Assembly (NCBI GenBank): GCA_050084985.1
Contig: JBITNC010000001.1
Coordinates: 63,674,001-63,738,000, forward strand
DNA: 64,000 bases
Direction of reading: 5' to 3'
DNA from: Nageia nagi
Taxonomy: Eukaryota > Plantae > Pinophyta
This document shows positions 51,080 to 64,000 of the stretch, in pieces. A model generated the notes under the pieces. That model made no database searches. It was given only the letters and a program-made list of their open reading frames with translations, and was not told the DNA's origin. Made by a program: the position numbers and the translations under genes. Within the stretch, counting starts at the first letter, position 1. Each line of letters opens with the position of its first letter.

Positions 51080-52933
51080 TATTAACCTCTAGTATTGTCA
51101 TTGTTATCAAAGGAGATTATTGGCCTAAGATGATATTATTGTCAATGATACAAATAAGTCATAATGCTATAGGTGAGCAAGATTATTGATGTCAAAGGAG
51201 AACAAGATTATTTCTTACTAAGGTTACCATATGTATTCTCAGGTTATGATTTCAGCTTATGAGGAAAATAGAGGATTTATACAAAGTAGCAAGGCCTTAT
51301 TTGAAGAAGAATAAGCTTGTGCAAATAATAAAGAGCCTATACAAAGTAGAAATGCCTTATGCAGAGAAGAAAGGGCCTATATGGAGAAGCATGAGCTTGT
51401 ATAGACAACAAAGAGCCCATATGGAGTAGCAATGCCTTATGCGAAGAAGAAACATCCTATGCAAAGAAGAATAAGCTTGTGTGGATAATAAATAACCTAT
51501 GCATAGTACCAATTACTTATGCAAAGAACAAAGAGCCTATATGGGTAATAAAGAGCTTAAGTTGATAAACTTAGGATTATACAGAGACTTTATGTGGTCA
51601 GAAAAGGGCTTATGTAGTTAGAAAATACCTTATACGAAGATATAAAGCCTTATGTGGAGATACAAAGCCCTATGCAGAGATCTAAAGCCTTACGTGGAGA
51701 AGCAAATAAATTTTGGGTGTATATAATGCTTATCCTATGATCAAAAATATTACTAATTATATTCTGGACATATATCTTGTAACTAGATATATTATGGGTT
51801 TATATATTATAAGTAGATAAATCATGGTCATATATCCCAACCTATAGTTACAAAAATGGTTACAAAATGCTTGTTTCTTGAGTAAAGGTGGTCATATGAA
51901 CACTTGATTCACATCTATATGAAATAATATATCCAATGGTAGAGTTTTTATTACATTTGGATACCTATAACAAACATTATATTAGCTGAAATATACAATA
52001 TTCTCTTGTGTTCATTATTTTTATAACTTAAAGTAAAGGGGTTATAACCGTATGATCATCTTGAGTAGTTTTATTGATCAACAATGGCTAATGGATGAGA
52101 TAGAAAATGGAATTTAGTGTACCATTACAAAAAAACAAGATAGAGGTGATTATTTCTAGAGAGTAACTAAAAAAAATGGTTGAGGACAATTACAACATAG
52201 AACAATCGAAGAGATGTTTTTTTATGCTAGCTAAGTAAAAGAACATGAAGGATGAGATTATGCAATGATGATAAGAGGAGATAGTGTGAAAGGTTTTTAT
52301 AAAGGTAGAATGAGGTGATAAAAGTTTATGCCAGTTAATAAAGGTGAAATTGTAGAGATAACAATATATGCAACATTATTATCAGTATGGTGAATAACTT
52401 TTTGTTGAGATAAGAATGGAGAGTGCAAGTGCTAAATAGTTTTAAATGGTAATGAGAGAAGTAGTTTGGCTATGAGAAGTGATTAGAAGAATCAAATAGA
52501 GATAGATAAAAGTGAAGTTTGATCAACTAGGCCATCAAAGGTATTTTGAGACATGTTTGATAACTTTTATCACAATTATTATTTCATTACTTTGTCAAGT
52601 TGGTGCTTGGCAAGAGGGGTTGGTGCTCCTTTCAATTATAGCTGATAAATTGTACAAGTTTGTGCTCCTTCCAATTGGTGATGGTAAACTGAGTGTAAAG
52701 TTGGTGCTTTGCAATGGTTGGATTTGGACCATGATCCAAGCAATCTTATCTGAAGATGTAACCACATTGGTGAACCTCATTACATCTTATGTTGACTGCT
52801 GTTTTCTTGTGATGCTTGCTTTACTTGGTTTTATGTTTGCACTATTTAATTTTAAGTGGCTAAGTTAAAATTTAAAGTTTCTTTTTATCACACTGATTCA
52901 CCCCTCCCTATCAGTGTCACTTGGATTTTAACA
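51080..52933 (+). repeat. 3' LTR
   Basis: Follows the PPT AAAAGGGGGAGAT (51067-51079) and ends TTTAACA. Confidence 0.93.
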
Positions 52934-52938
52934 AGGTG

Positions 52939-53287
52939 ACCTATAGATCTACTATTGAATATGCAAATATTTTGGTTAATGAAGGTTTACTCTAGTATTC
53001 AAAAACTAGAGCTTACTCTTCTCATAATTAATTTTTTGACTTGTTGCTTCCTCATAAAGCTCCAAAATCTTCTTGATTTTCTTATCTTATGGAACTCTTA
53101 TATTAATTTAAGTATCATCAAAAAATTATTGAAATAAAATAGGTTGATTAATGTAAGTAGTTGATTTGATCCCTTCTATATTTCCTTGTAGAGTTGGAGC
53201 CATAAAACTTCTACTCAGAGCCTCAACAACAATTATGAACAAAAAGGAGGATAGATGATCCTCCTATCTTAAACCCTTATTGATAAG
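52939..53287 (-). mobile_element. LINE 2 ORF2 middle part (RT)
   Basis: KGLR*EDHLSSFLFIIVVEAL, the decayed GLRQGDPLSPxLF motif. Confidence 0.85.
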
Positions 53288-54073
53288 TGTTGATATGCAT
53301 TTTAGTACAGCTAGATTTTACTTTTAAATGAACTACAAGCACATACACATTTTATTGTATGAATTATCTAAGCTAATTGAACTTAAATAAACATACATGA
53401 ATAAGAGAATTAAATAATGTAGTAATAGAACAATAAATTACATTGATGTCAAGATGTAAAATTTAGCTATATGCACTAAATAGAAAGGAATCAAGTGAAA
53501 TATAAATACCCATGTCAAGGTCAAGGATATGACTAATGAACTTATACAGGAGTGGTGAACTTGATGTGCTAACCCCAAGGCTAATTGTAGAATAAACACC
53601 AACATGTGCACTAGTCTCAAAGAGCTCAACATGGGTGTGAACATCAACTTGGTCACTAACTATCTTGAAGAATGAGGCTTTCCAACAAGGATCAATGATA
53701 GCATAGATGATGACAAGCCAAACTAAGCATATGATTGCTGAAATAGATGAAAAATATTCACTCAAATGATAACAAGATTCCAATCTCAATAGGAGACATT
53801 TAGAAACACCAAGAGTAGGGTATCGACTATCAAGATGTAAACTTGACATGATTTCCCCATGTTAGAGATACTTACATTTATATCAAATGTGATTCACCAT
53901 TTGATCCCTTATGCAAAGGTAGTAGTCATCCTAGTGTACCTAACATAAAATATAATAAAACAATCTAAGGAATATATGATAATAAGGTAAATATGATTAA
54001 ATGTGAGTAATTATGTATGTAAAGTTGCACCTAAGTGGGACTGTTTTAAGGGGACTACTTTTACATGTCAATA
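53288..54073 (-). mobile_element. Solo LTR (786 bp) inserted in the LINE 2 RT
   Basis: Ends TGTTGATA..TGTCAATA, TSD ATAAG/ATAGG. Removing it restores GFFPINKGLR in frame. Orientation is inferred only from a TATAAAT motif on the minus strand. Confidence 0.85.
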
Positions 54074-54078
54074 ATAGG

Positions 54079-55870
54079 GAAAAACCCAATTGTTGCCACC
54101 TTTTTAATGAAAAAGAAGGTAATCAAGGATACATATTCCTTTATACTAGCCATCCAATCCTCCCTAAACCCAAATTTCTCCAAAACATTAAGCAATAAAT
54201 TCCAATTTAGTTTATCATATGCCTTGCTTACATCTAATTTCAACAACATTCCTTCTTTTTCTAATTTGGAAATGAATTGATAAATTTTATGAATGTTAAT
54301 AATGCCTTCTAGAATATACTTTCCTTGCACAAATTCTCCTTGATGAGGAAAATTATAAAGGGTAGGATATCCTTTACCCTATTATCCATAACTTTTGATA
54401 TAATATTATAAAGAAAATTACAAAGGCAAATAGGTTAGAACTTATTGAATGCATTCACCTCTAGTACCTTAGGGATAAGGGAAATGAATGTAGAGTTAGG
54501 GATAGACATATAAATATGAAACTCCTACACTGTTTCTATTATCTCTTTCTTCACAATATATAATAATTGTTAAAAAAATCATATAGGGAAATTGTCAGGT
54601 CTAGGGGCTTTAGAGCTTCCTAAATTAAAGATTGCTTATTTGATTTCTTTCTTTGTAAATTTGCTACTCATGTAGTCATTAAGTTGGTTAGTCATAAGAG
54701 GAGAAATATGGTGGAGGATCTTATCCACTACCCTTTGATGAAAAATATTTTCTTAGACTAGAAACACTGAGAAGAAGGAACCCCTTCCTCCCCAATCCTA
54801 CTCAAGTCTTTAGTGGATGATCCATCTTCATAAATAATCTCTTTAATGTTATTATGGATTCTATATCTTAACATGGGGATATGAAAGAACTTCATATTCT
54901 TCTATCCTTCCTTTAGCCAAGATCTCCTTAATTTCTATTTCAAAATTATTTCTTCCTAAGGTAGAGTCTTATGTGATTGACATAGTAGTTCCTTTTCCTC
55001 ATCTCACAATGCTTTTGTAAAAAATATAACCCTAGGCTTTCTCTTCCACTCCCCATAATTGATCCCAAATATTGAACTTTTTTGTAGAAATAAGGCCAAA
55101 GATTTATTTATTATAGATTTTCAAATTCTTGTTTATAAAATAGATTTTTTAATTTATTTATGAGAGAAAATTTCTAGATAAATCCTTATGCCATCATGCC
55201 TGAATATTATCTTCTAGGACTTCATGAGTTAACCACATTCTTTCAAAATGGAAAGGGGAGTTGAAGAGTCTCCTTTAATCCTAAAATTTCCATACAATTG
55301 GGTTATGCTCAAATCTTGTCTTTAGGTAGGCAGTTTGGGTAGAATCCCCACACCTAGAGAGGTATTCCTGAGAAATAAGAATCCTATCCAAATGAATTTG
55401 GATATTTTGGCCATCTAATCTTCTATTAGTCTAGGTAACTTTTGCCTACCTTAGATCTATATCACCATAAGGTTGTTACTATTATTGAAGGAAATAAATT
55501 TCTTCATATTTTCAAAGAATTCTTTTACCCACCCTCCATTTTTTTTATGGTTAAAAGGGGGTATTGAAGTCTCCTGTTATAATCTAAGGTATTCCTTCAA
55601 AGGCATACCTCATTTACTTTAGATAATTCCACAAACATTTTCTACCAACATAAGTAGTAGGTGCATAGACGTAAGTCATAATTCATTGCTCCTTATTTTT
55701 CATAAAGGTGAAAAAGAGCACAAAAATTATAATTAGAGATAATAAGCCTACCTGTTAACTTATTCCTATCCCATAGGTATAAAATACCTCTATACATCCC
55801 TATTTTAGGGCACACCATAAATTTTACCTCTTAATATTCTAATTTTAAGTTATTTCTTCAATCCTCCTCC
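54079..55870 (-). mobile_element. LINE 2 ORF2 5' part (endonuclease and RT N-terminus)
   Basis: YVYAP, GDFNT, HLDRIL, PFHFERMW, KAPRPD and GMLLKLDVSKAYDKLNWNLL..KFGF..W. Confidence 0.9.
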
Positions 55871-55875
55871 TATTA

Positions 55876-56760
55876 TGATGTGCCAAAATTATTCTTATGA
55901 TAAATTATCATGCCAGAATATCCAATGAACTAGGTCAAGCTCAAGAACAATGCCAAACATACACATATTGCTCAAAAATGGCAAGGTCACATAGGAAGCT
56001 CAAAATAAATGTGGAATGTGGGATCCAAAGTTCCACACCTTTATATCTCATAAAATGGAGCAAGTACAAAATAAAGCAACCAAGTAGGCTTGAAATCTAG
56101 CTAGAGTAGCCATATAAAACCCTAAATGATTATAGTATGTTCCTCGAAGGTTGATATCTAGATATGAGATCTATAAGTGAGCAAACTAAAGTAACCAATG
56201 ACTAAGAATTTCCATCCTTAGACAAATAATGGGGTTTTGTCCCACTAAATTCTTCTCTTGCATGATTTTGTCTATAGAAGGCCCAAGAGATGTCTCCAAG
56301 CCACACTCTAAATGAAATATGATAAGTATGATCAAAATTTGTCCCCCAAATAATGCACCAAGCCCCTAAATAGCTAGACTACTAACTAGGTGGCCTAGAT
56401 CTTGCCTAGGAATCCATACTAGTGGAGCACCACAATAATTCATGTGTAGGGTTCTTAGTATCAAGTAAACTAACATATAGGTATCATCTGATACCTTACG
56501 CTAGGAATCCACCTCGATATGTACACTATCAAGTGGTTGGACATCAAATATTACATAAAATGATAGTAAATGAATTTTATCTATTCCCACTTTGGGGCTC
56601 ATAATTTACCTTAAATACCCATCACTTGGTTACATTGAATGCCTAAATACAAATTTGATGACTAATAAAGCATCTCTAACTATATAATCATTCCTAATTA
56701 GTAAAATCACTCCCAAATTACTTTATTTCATTTTGAGACATCCCCTTAGGGTGGATGTCA
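55876..56760. mobile_element. Possible LTR
   Basis: Bounded by TGATGT..ATGTCA, both compatible with an ancestral TGACGT terminus. Non-coding; no TSD or PPT found. Confidence 0.25.
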
Positions 56761-57014
56761 AGATCCTAGTGGACCCCATTAGTCCTATCATGTAAAAAAA
56801 GGTATAGATATAAAAAAGATACATGAAAAAACCACCCTTATATAAATTACTTGATACCAAGAAATTGCATAATCCAAATGTTATAATTGAGTTTGTCATG
56901 TGTTGAACCTTTATATTCCATATATCCTTTGGTACAATTTCATCATCAATTATCAAATAAGTCGAAGATTGGGTTGATCCCAATTATAAGGTATCATCAA
57001 GATTCATACATGTT

Positions 57015-59142
57015 TATTGAACTACATGTGACATTGAGAGGGGGGTGAATTAGTGTTTATAACTTTAAAACTTCAAACCTAAAAACTTTAAATAGTGAAA
57101 TAGGAAGATAAAACTAAATAGAGCAAACACACAAGAGAACATCACACAACATAATATATAATGAGGTTCACTAATGTGGTTACATCATCAAATAAGATTA
57201 CTTCGACTCCAATCCAAATTCAACATTGTAAAGCACCAACTTTACACACAATTTACTTGCACCACCTAGAAGGAGCACCAATCCCTAAGTTCTACAACAC
57301 CAACTACAAGGAGCACCAACTCCTCTTGCCAAGCACCCACTTGATAGATTCAATAAGATAAGATGAAGGATTAAAAACTAGTTACGCAAGACCAGGAATT
57401 ATCTAGCTTAAAACACTTCTACACACAACCATAATCTAAAATTATCTCTTCAATATTTCCTTCTCATTCCAAAAATCACCAACGTCTTTTGTAACTTCAA
57501 CCCCTTTTATTCATGCTCACTCACTCTTCACACCTATCAGCTGAAAAACCCCAAAATGAACCAAGAAACTGTTCCTGAAACCACTAAAAAGATTACCATT
57601 ATTCAACTCAAGAAATCATTTCACATTTTGATTCAAAATTAATATAATTCCTCACACACATGTAGAACTATAAATAAATCATTCATACAAACACATCTGT
57701 TACTCACACATACTTCACACACTGCTCAAAATCATACTATAATATCAATGCACAAACCTAAAAAAATTCAAATATTAGAGAACTGGCTCATGATAATACA
57801 TTTATTGTACTCAAAATGTGTGTTCCAAGTCCATATGGTACTAAATGGTATTACAATTTCTACATAGATGCTTAATCATCTCTAAAAGCCTATATTTATA
57901 TTTTATATCACTAAGACTCTCCAAATTTAATTGGGAGAGTAATATATTTTAATAAGAAATAAAAATATATATTCAAAAATCATAATAAGCATTTTTTCAA
58001 ACATTTCATTGCCAAAACTAGGTTCACCACTTAGCCAAATTTTATGTCTTGTCATTTCGTCAAGCACTTACTAGGCATCCTTGTTCATTGACTTCTAGAC
58101 CTTGGATTAAGATGAACCAAAAAATCAAACTTGTAAGATTCTTTATGCTAATTAGAAATATACAACTAGAAAACAAATATGTCAACTCAAACTCATGGAA
58201 TTCCCCTTTTTTTTGTTTTTCCCAAAAGGTGCACCAAACTACAAAAAGTTACTAAGTGGCATTTTGTAACCTGTACCATTTTTGTCTTCGTTTCCTCAAT
58301 TTGAAATTTGGAACACATATACTACATATATCCAAATATAATTTATCCAAATTTGAATATATAAATACTCATATTTGTCTCATAGCATGTCTTGCAAAGT
58401 GGCCTCTGACAAAGATTTCATTGGTATTTTGTCAAACAATTCACATGATTAGTTTTATGCAAATTATAGATTCTCATACTTCAAGACCTCAAATCGAGAT
58501 GATTCAAAAGAAAAAGTTGTTCATATAATCAATTTATACATGTAAAAACTTTGAAATTCTAAATTTGAAGACTTTAAGAGATTAAAACAACCATCCAACT
58601 ATTTCCATTACTTGGCCAAAATTTATTCTCAAAACATTAAAAAGTTACAAATTGGCATTTTGCAGCTTGCCCCATTTCTGTCTTGGTAATCATATTGCTA
58701 TGAACTTTGGACCACATATTCATAGTATATATCACTATATATGATTTAAATTTTAGCTTTTGAATCAACACCATTTGCTCATAATTTGATGTGCACAGAG
58801 CTAATATCACCCAAATTTCTAACTTTTCAAAAATCCATAACTGTGCCCCAAAAAGAATCGACATGAATTTTGACCATTCTAACACTGCACACAAGTTTTT
58901 TATCAATCCAACAACTTATCCAATCCATCTCTGGTTATCCTTCACCTTCCATTTGCATTGTATCTCTCTTGACAACTTTTGGTACCTCATGACAACTTTT
59001 GGTCCCTTTATCATTTTTGCGTCTGACAGCTTTGCAAATCTTATCGACATCATTTCTTTGACATGTGCAATAATGTGAACCATATGCTTACTAATCTCAT
59101 CATGTTGACAATAATGAAAACATTATTGCATCATACTCAACA
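57015..59142 (-). mobile_element. Solo LTR (2128 bp), Sirevirus-like
   Basis: Perfect TSD ATGTT at 57010-57014 and 59143-59147. The minus strand runs TGTTGA..TTCAATA. U5 (57015-57350) matches 45300-45670, including ATTCACCCCCCTCTCAATG. Confidence 0.92.
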
Positions 59143-59147
59143 ATGTT

Positions 59148-60340
59148 GTGTAAGTTTTTTTATCATAGCTCTTAGGCATTAACTAGAGAATAGACTTCCA
59201 AGAAGCCTCATATCTACCATGTGAACATCTTGTTGCCCCTACATCATAAATATAAGATTTCACCTCCATTATGCTACATGTTGGTTGGGGAAAATAATAC
59301 TTAACTCCTTGGAAGGTGTAATCCTTCCCATATACTACAAATCTCACCATAAATTTCTAAATATTAGTGTGTGTATATCCCAAATCAAAGAGCCATTGTA
59401 CTCCCAATATGAGATGAGGAATCCCATCCATGGGTAGATGTAGATATCATATCTTACCACATACTCTTAGATTTTTACCATAAATTTTTCAATATTTTTT
59501 CCATGAAGGTGAGTTTTCCATTTGCATTGCTAACCTAAAACCCTCAAAATCCTTGGTCTTTAGCCCCTTCTTCTTTATAAACTCTTCATCAATTAAATTA
59601 TGCATTTCACCTAGATCTAATAATACCATGACTTCTTGGTTTTCCACTTGTCCTTCTTGGTTTACCACTTGTCCCTCAATTACTTAGGGGTCTAGTTCTA
59701 CTAGACATGGCTCCCTCAATTACTCCCTTTACTGGCTTAGTTGATTGGATGGATGGAAGGGCTCTAGCTCTTATCATTCCAAGCTCCACATCTAGGGATC
59801 TCTTGATAGCATATTACAATAATATGGGTAAAAAGGCTGTCATCATACCTTTATGCAGCTCCAACAATCCTTCACAAAAAAGCAAATTCACTCTCTTCTT
59901 TTACATTAGGTGACATGACTATAATGTATTAAACTTTTGCCACATAGTCTTCGATAAATTCCTTGACTCATTATTGTCAAATATTTGAAGTAGTTATCTT
60001 CATCCCTTTTATCCAAATGATCTATCAACCTTTGTCTAAACCCATCGAATTTCATGATATTGGCTCCATGTTCATATGTTGTTATACTATGCTACCACCA
60101 TTCATGCATAATTCTATTAGATGTAGGGTTGTAAAATGTATTGTTGTATCTTCTTAGATCATAGGGATAAGGGTGAAATAAGTTTAGATATTTTGAAATC
60201 AAACCCTAACAATTACCTTGCCACTCACATCACAAATGGGCACTTAAAATTCTACTCAACCATTGTTGCAAATCTCTTTTCACTCCTCCATATGGCTATT
60301 AATATTAGCATTTTGGTCCAAAAATTACAATTATGAGGAT
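59148..60340 (-). pseudogene. Ty3/gypsy gag-protease relic
   Basis: gag-like IEDYVAK; protease-like DLGEMHNLIDEE (DSG motif decayed) and LPMDGIPHLILGVQWLFDLG. Confidence 0.75.
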
Positions 60341-60342
60341 AA

Positions 60343-63300
60343 TGAAACATCATTTTGAAACTTTTGAGAGTTTAAAGAATATTCTTAATACAACTAATTT
60401 AGCTATGTGGGTGATAATAAACTAAATGAAAACTCACAAAGATAACACAAGATGTAAGTGGTTCCTCCAACTAGGAGTACATCCACTAACTAGATCAATC
60501 TTCTTAACAAATATGAACTATTACAATACTCCTACTCTTTTCTCCTAACCACTATCCTATAGCATAACTTTACTCCACAATTGGTATGTGATCACAAAGA
60601 GGGAGCCTTCTATTTATAGGTCAAAATCCCTCTTTGGATCACCCTTTTATCCAATGTACAAAATCATGACATGCACATCCTTTTACCTAAGGGGTATGCT
60701 CATGACATGGAGTGTAGGACAAGTTACATTATCATATTCACTTAAATACTTAAGGTATCAAAAGATACCCTTAAATATTAGTGAACTTACATAGAAGATT
60801 TAATACAAACCTTTACAATAATGCATTATACATTCCAACACTCCCCCTTAATGCAATATTGGGATAGAGCGAGTAAGAGAGAAGAAGAAGAGAAAGTAAG
60901 AGAGTTCTCCTTCAAATAGATACAATGGAGATGAGAACTTTTAAAATATTTATGAAGTAACATAGATCTAGTTTGAGACTCATTATTTTTTCAAATACAA
61001 TCATTAACATTAATCGATTTCAATGTACATGAAGTAGTCATCCAACTGGAAGACATGAAGAGTCTCCAAGAGCATGCATACCTGAGGTAAGTAACCTGTA
61101 ATCTCAAAGGAACCTACAAGTCATAAGTAGCTTAGGTAACAAGATTAGTTAGATGCATCATATTTATATCAACAAGGATAGATGAATCACACAAATGCCA
61201 TCATGAACTAATCAATGGTGCACTATAAGTCATCATGAAGATGCCATGCCAAAAACTTATAGTCACCTACTATATATAAAATATGTATTTATTATCATTA
61301 CAAAATAGAGCATGAACATACGAGTTCCTCATATATGGATAACTAAATAGTACCAAAAGACACATAAGAATTCATCACACATGGATAACTGAATGATGCT
61401 AGATTAACCAAAAAATAGAGTATGCACATACAAGTTCCTCACATATGGATAACTGAATAGTGTTAAAAGACACATAAGGGTTCCTCACACATGGATAACT
61501 AAATAGTGTAAGATTGGCCAATTTGTACAACAAGTTTCTCATGCAAAGTGAACTTACCATGAAGGTCTACAATAAAATCAACACTATACAACATAAAATC
61601 TTCCTACAAGTGAAGTTGTCATCATAAACATGAGTTCAACATAAGAATTCAAACTTCACTCCCCTTTGGGGGCAACTTCACCAACTTGATAACATCCCTA
61701 AGCTTACAAAAATGATCTTCTAGGAGGGATTCATGATCAAATCAGCAAATTTAAAGGTGGATGGACAATACTCTAGGTGTATGATGCCATCAAGAACCTT
61801 CTCTCTGATAAAATGGGAATGGATTTCCACATGTTTTGTTCTTTGATGGAACACTAGATTCTTAGCCAAAGAGATATCCAATTGATTGTTTAAAGAGATC
61901 AAACATGAGCCACCTTGCTCGTATCCAATTTTTTTCAAAATATGCCTTATCTAAATGGATTCCTGGGCTACAATAGACATGGCATGATATTCAACTTCTA
62001 TGGTATAAAGAGAAATAGTAGGCTGCTTCTTAGAAGCCCAAGAGATAGCACTTGAACCAATGCTAAACACATATACAAAGGTTGACTTCAATTCATCTTT
62101 ATCTCCTCCATAGTCAAGATCTGAGAATCCAAAGAGAGCAAACAAGGGCAACTTGCAATACTTGAGAGCAAGATCCTTAGTCCCTCCAACATACCTCAAG
62201 ATTTGCTTAATAGCATTAAGGTGCTCAACATAAGGCTTCTACATGAATCATGCCATCAAATTCACTATGAAGGCAATATTTGACCTAGATATAGTCAAAT
62301 ATAAAAGACTACAGATTAATTACCTATAAGCTATAACATTAGCTAACTAAGAGTTGGAGCTTAGAGAAATATTGATTCTAGGAGAGATTAGGATCATAGC
62401 ATGTCTACACTCCTACATTCCAAACTTCTATAAGATGTTTGATATATACTTATATTGACTAAGGTAAGTACAATCCTTGTATTGATACACTTGCATTTCA
62501 AGATAGTAGATTAAGAGACGAAGATTAGTCATTTCAAACATTGTCTTAAGTTTAGATATACACTCTTCAATGATTTCATCATTATTTTCAGTAATCAAAA
62601 GATCATCCACATAAAGGAGAATCAAGACCACATCTTTTCCTTGATTGACCACATATTAGATTGGAGTTAGAAAAACACTTGAAGAATCCAATGTCTAAGA
62701 AGTACCTTGAAATCTTTCTATACCAAGCTTTAAGTGCTTTCTTAATTCCATACAATGACTTCTTTAGTTTGCACACAAAGGAATCTTTAACTTCCACAAT
62801 AAGCCCTTTTCGGGTTCATGAAGATTTCCATATCTAAGTCACCATTGATAAATGCACTCTTGACATCAAGTTGAAAAACATTCCATCCTTGAGTTGCAGA
62901 ATAAGAAAAGATAACTCTTACAGTAGGCATCTTTGCCATGGGAGCAAAGGTTTCCTCATAATCTACACCATATTTCTAAGCAAAATCTTTAGCTACTAAC
63001 CTTGCTTTGTATTTCTCAATATCTCCTACTAAATTGAACTTGACCTCATAGATCCACTTATTACCAATCACATTCTTTTCATTGGGATAAGGAACCAAGT
63101 TCCAAGTTTTATTTTTCATAAGTTCCTTGTACTTGACTTTTATGGCTTCCATCTAGCACTCATGCTTAGAAGCTTCTTTGAAGGTTAAGAGATCATACTT
63201 ATTATCAATTTTCATAATTAAGGATTTGTTCAAGTTCATGCTCCTTATTACCCTTTATGTTGGAGAATTTTGTTCCTAAAGTAACTTATCTATATCAATA

Positions 63301-64000
63301 TCCAACTAGCTAGGAGCAATTGAAGAGTCCTTTGGATCATCAACATTCTTATTAAAAGTAGATTCTTCAAGAAGTTCATTGAACTTTACATCCCTTGATA
63401 TGAATATTGCTTTATAGGTTGGAGAGTAGAGCCTGTAGCCTCTATGTTGACTGTCATAACCCATAAAGATGCATTTTTTAGCTCTTTTGTTCAACTTCTT
63501 CCTTTTGTCAGAAATAATGTAAAAGAATGCTTCACAATCAAACACCCTAAGGTGAGAAATGTTAGGTTTTATTCTTAACCATGCCTCAAAAGGATTTTTA
63601 CTCTGAATGGCTTATGTGGGACAACTATTCAAGGTGTAAATAACAATGCTCATAGCTTCACCCTATAAGAATTTAGGAAGATTACCCAACATGCATCTAG
63701 CCATCTCCATAATTGTTCTATTTCCTTTAGACAACATCATTTTATTGAAGAATGTAAGGAATCATAAACTACCTCTTGATTTCATACTTAGCACAATAGT
63801 CATTGAACTCATTGTTGTTATATTCTCCCCCATTATTTGATCTCAACATCTTGATTTTAAGGTTAGTTTGATTCTCAACAAAGGCTTTAAAAACCTTAAA
63901 ACTTTCAAAAGTTTAATCCTTGTGCTCAAGTAGATACCCAAAGGTCATCCTACTAAAGTCATTAATGAAGGTCAATATGTAAGATGCTCTTCCAATTGAT
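60343..64000 (-). mobile_element. Ty1/copia element (integrase-RT-RNase H-3' UTR-PPT-3' LTR), runs off the window end
   Basis: RKKLNKRAKKCIFMGY..RGYRLY..ISRDVKFNE, KKSLYGIKKA, LLYVDDLLI, GFSDLDYGGD and FHQRTKHVEIHSHFIRE. PPT CTCCCCCTT at 60841-60849. LTR 60343-60840 is homologous to the LTRs at 35058 and 38023. Confidence 0.95.

Larger units (their letters stand above)
43912..52933 (+). mobile_element. Structurally complete, decayed Sirevirus-like (SIRE/Maximus) Ty1/copia element
   Basis: TSD AGGTG at 43907-43911 and 52934-52938. ~1.8-kb LTRs, PBS, extended gag, protease, integrase, RT, RNase H, multiple PPTs and a C-rich ATTCACCCC motif near each LTR end. Confidence 0.95.

Noticed and set aside
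52512-52868. Hydrophobic 118-aa ORF as an env-like gene
   Set aside because: It lies inside the 3' LTR, and the matching 5' LTR region does not preserve it.

Overview
AT-rich, strongly CpG-depleted plant nuclear DNA with no intact protein-coding gene that I can support. The style of the PPR relics and the element mix suggest a gymnosperm (inference). The window is nested, decayed mobile DNA: two minus-strand L1-type LINEs (one near full length inside a 23-bp minisatellite, one with an RNase H domain and split by two later insertions), a structurally complete Sirevirus-like Ty1/copia element (43912-52933, TSD AGGTG), three copies or relics of a second copia family, two solo LTRs with TSDs, a CACTA transposase relic, a Ty3/gypsy gag-protease relic and a Mutator-type MITE with a tRNA-like core. 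The only host-gene material is dead PLS-class PPR sequence at three places. The most unusual feature is a ~1.8-kb tandem array (39063-40845) whose ~134-bp unit is an out-of-frame piece of a PPR gene. I see no evidence for an intact new multi-gene system. Nearly all ORFs in the supplied track are fragments or antisense/off-frame artefacts of these relics. All alignments were made by eye, so boundaries without a TSD are approximate.
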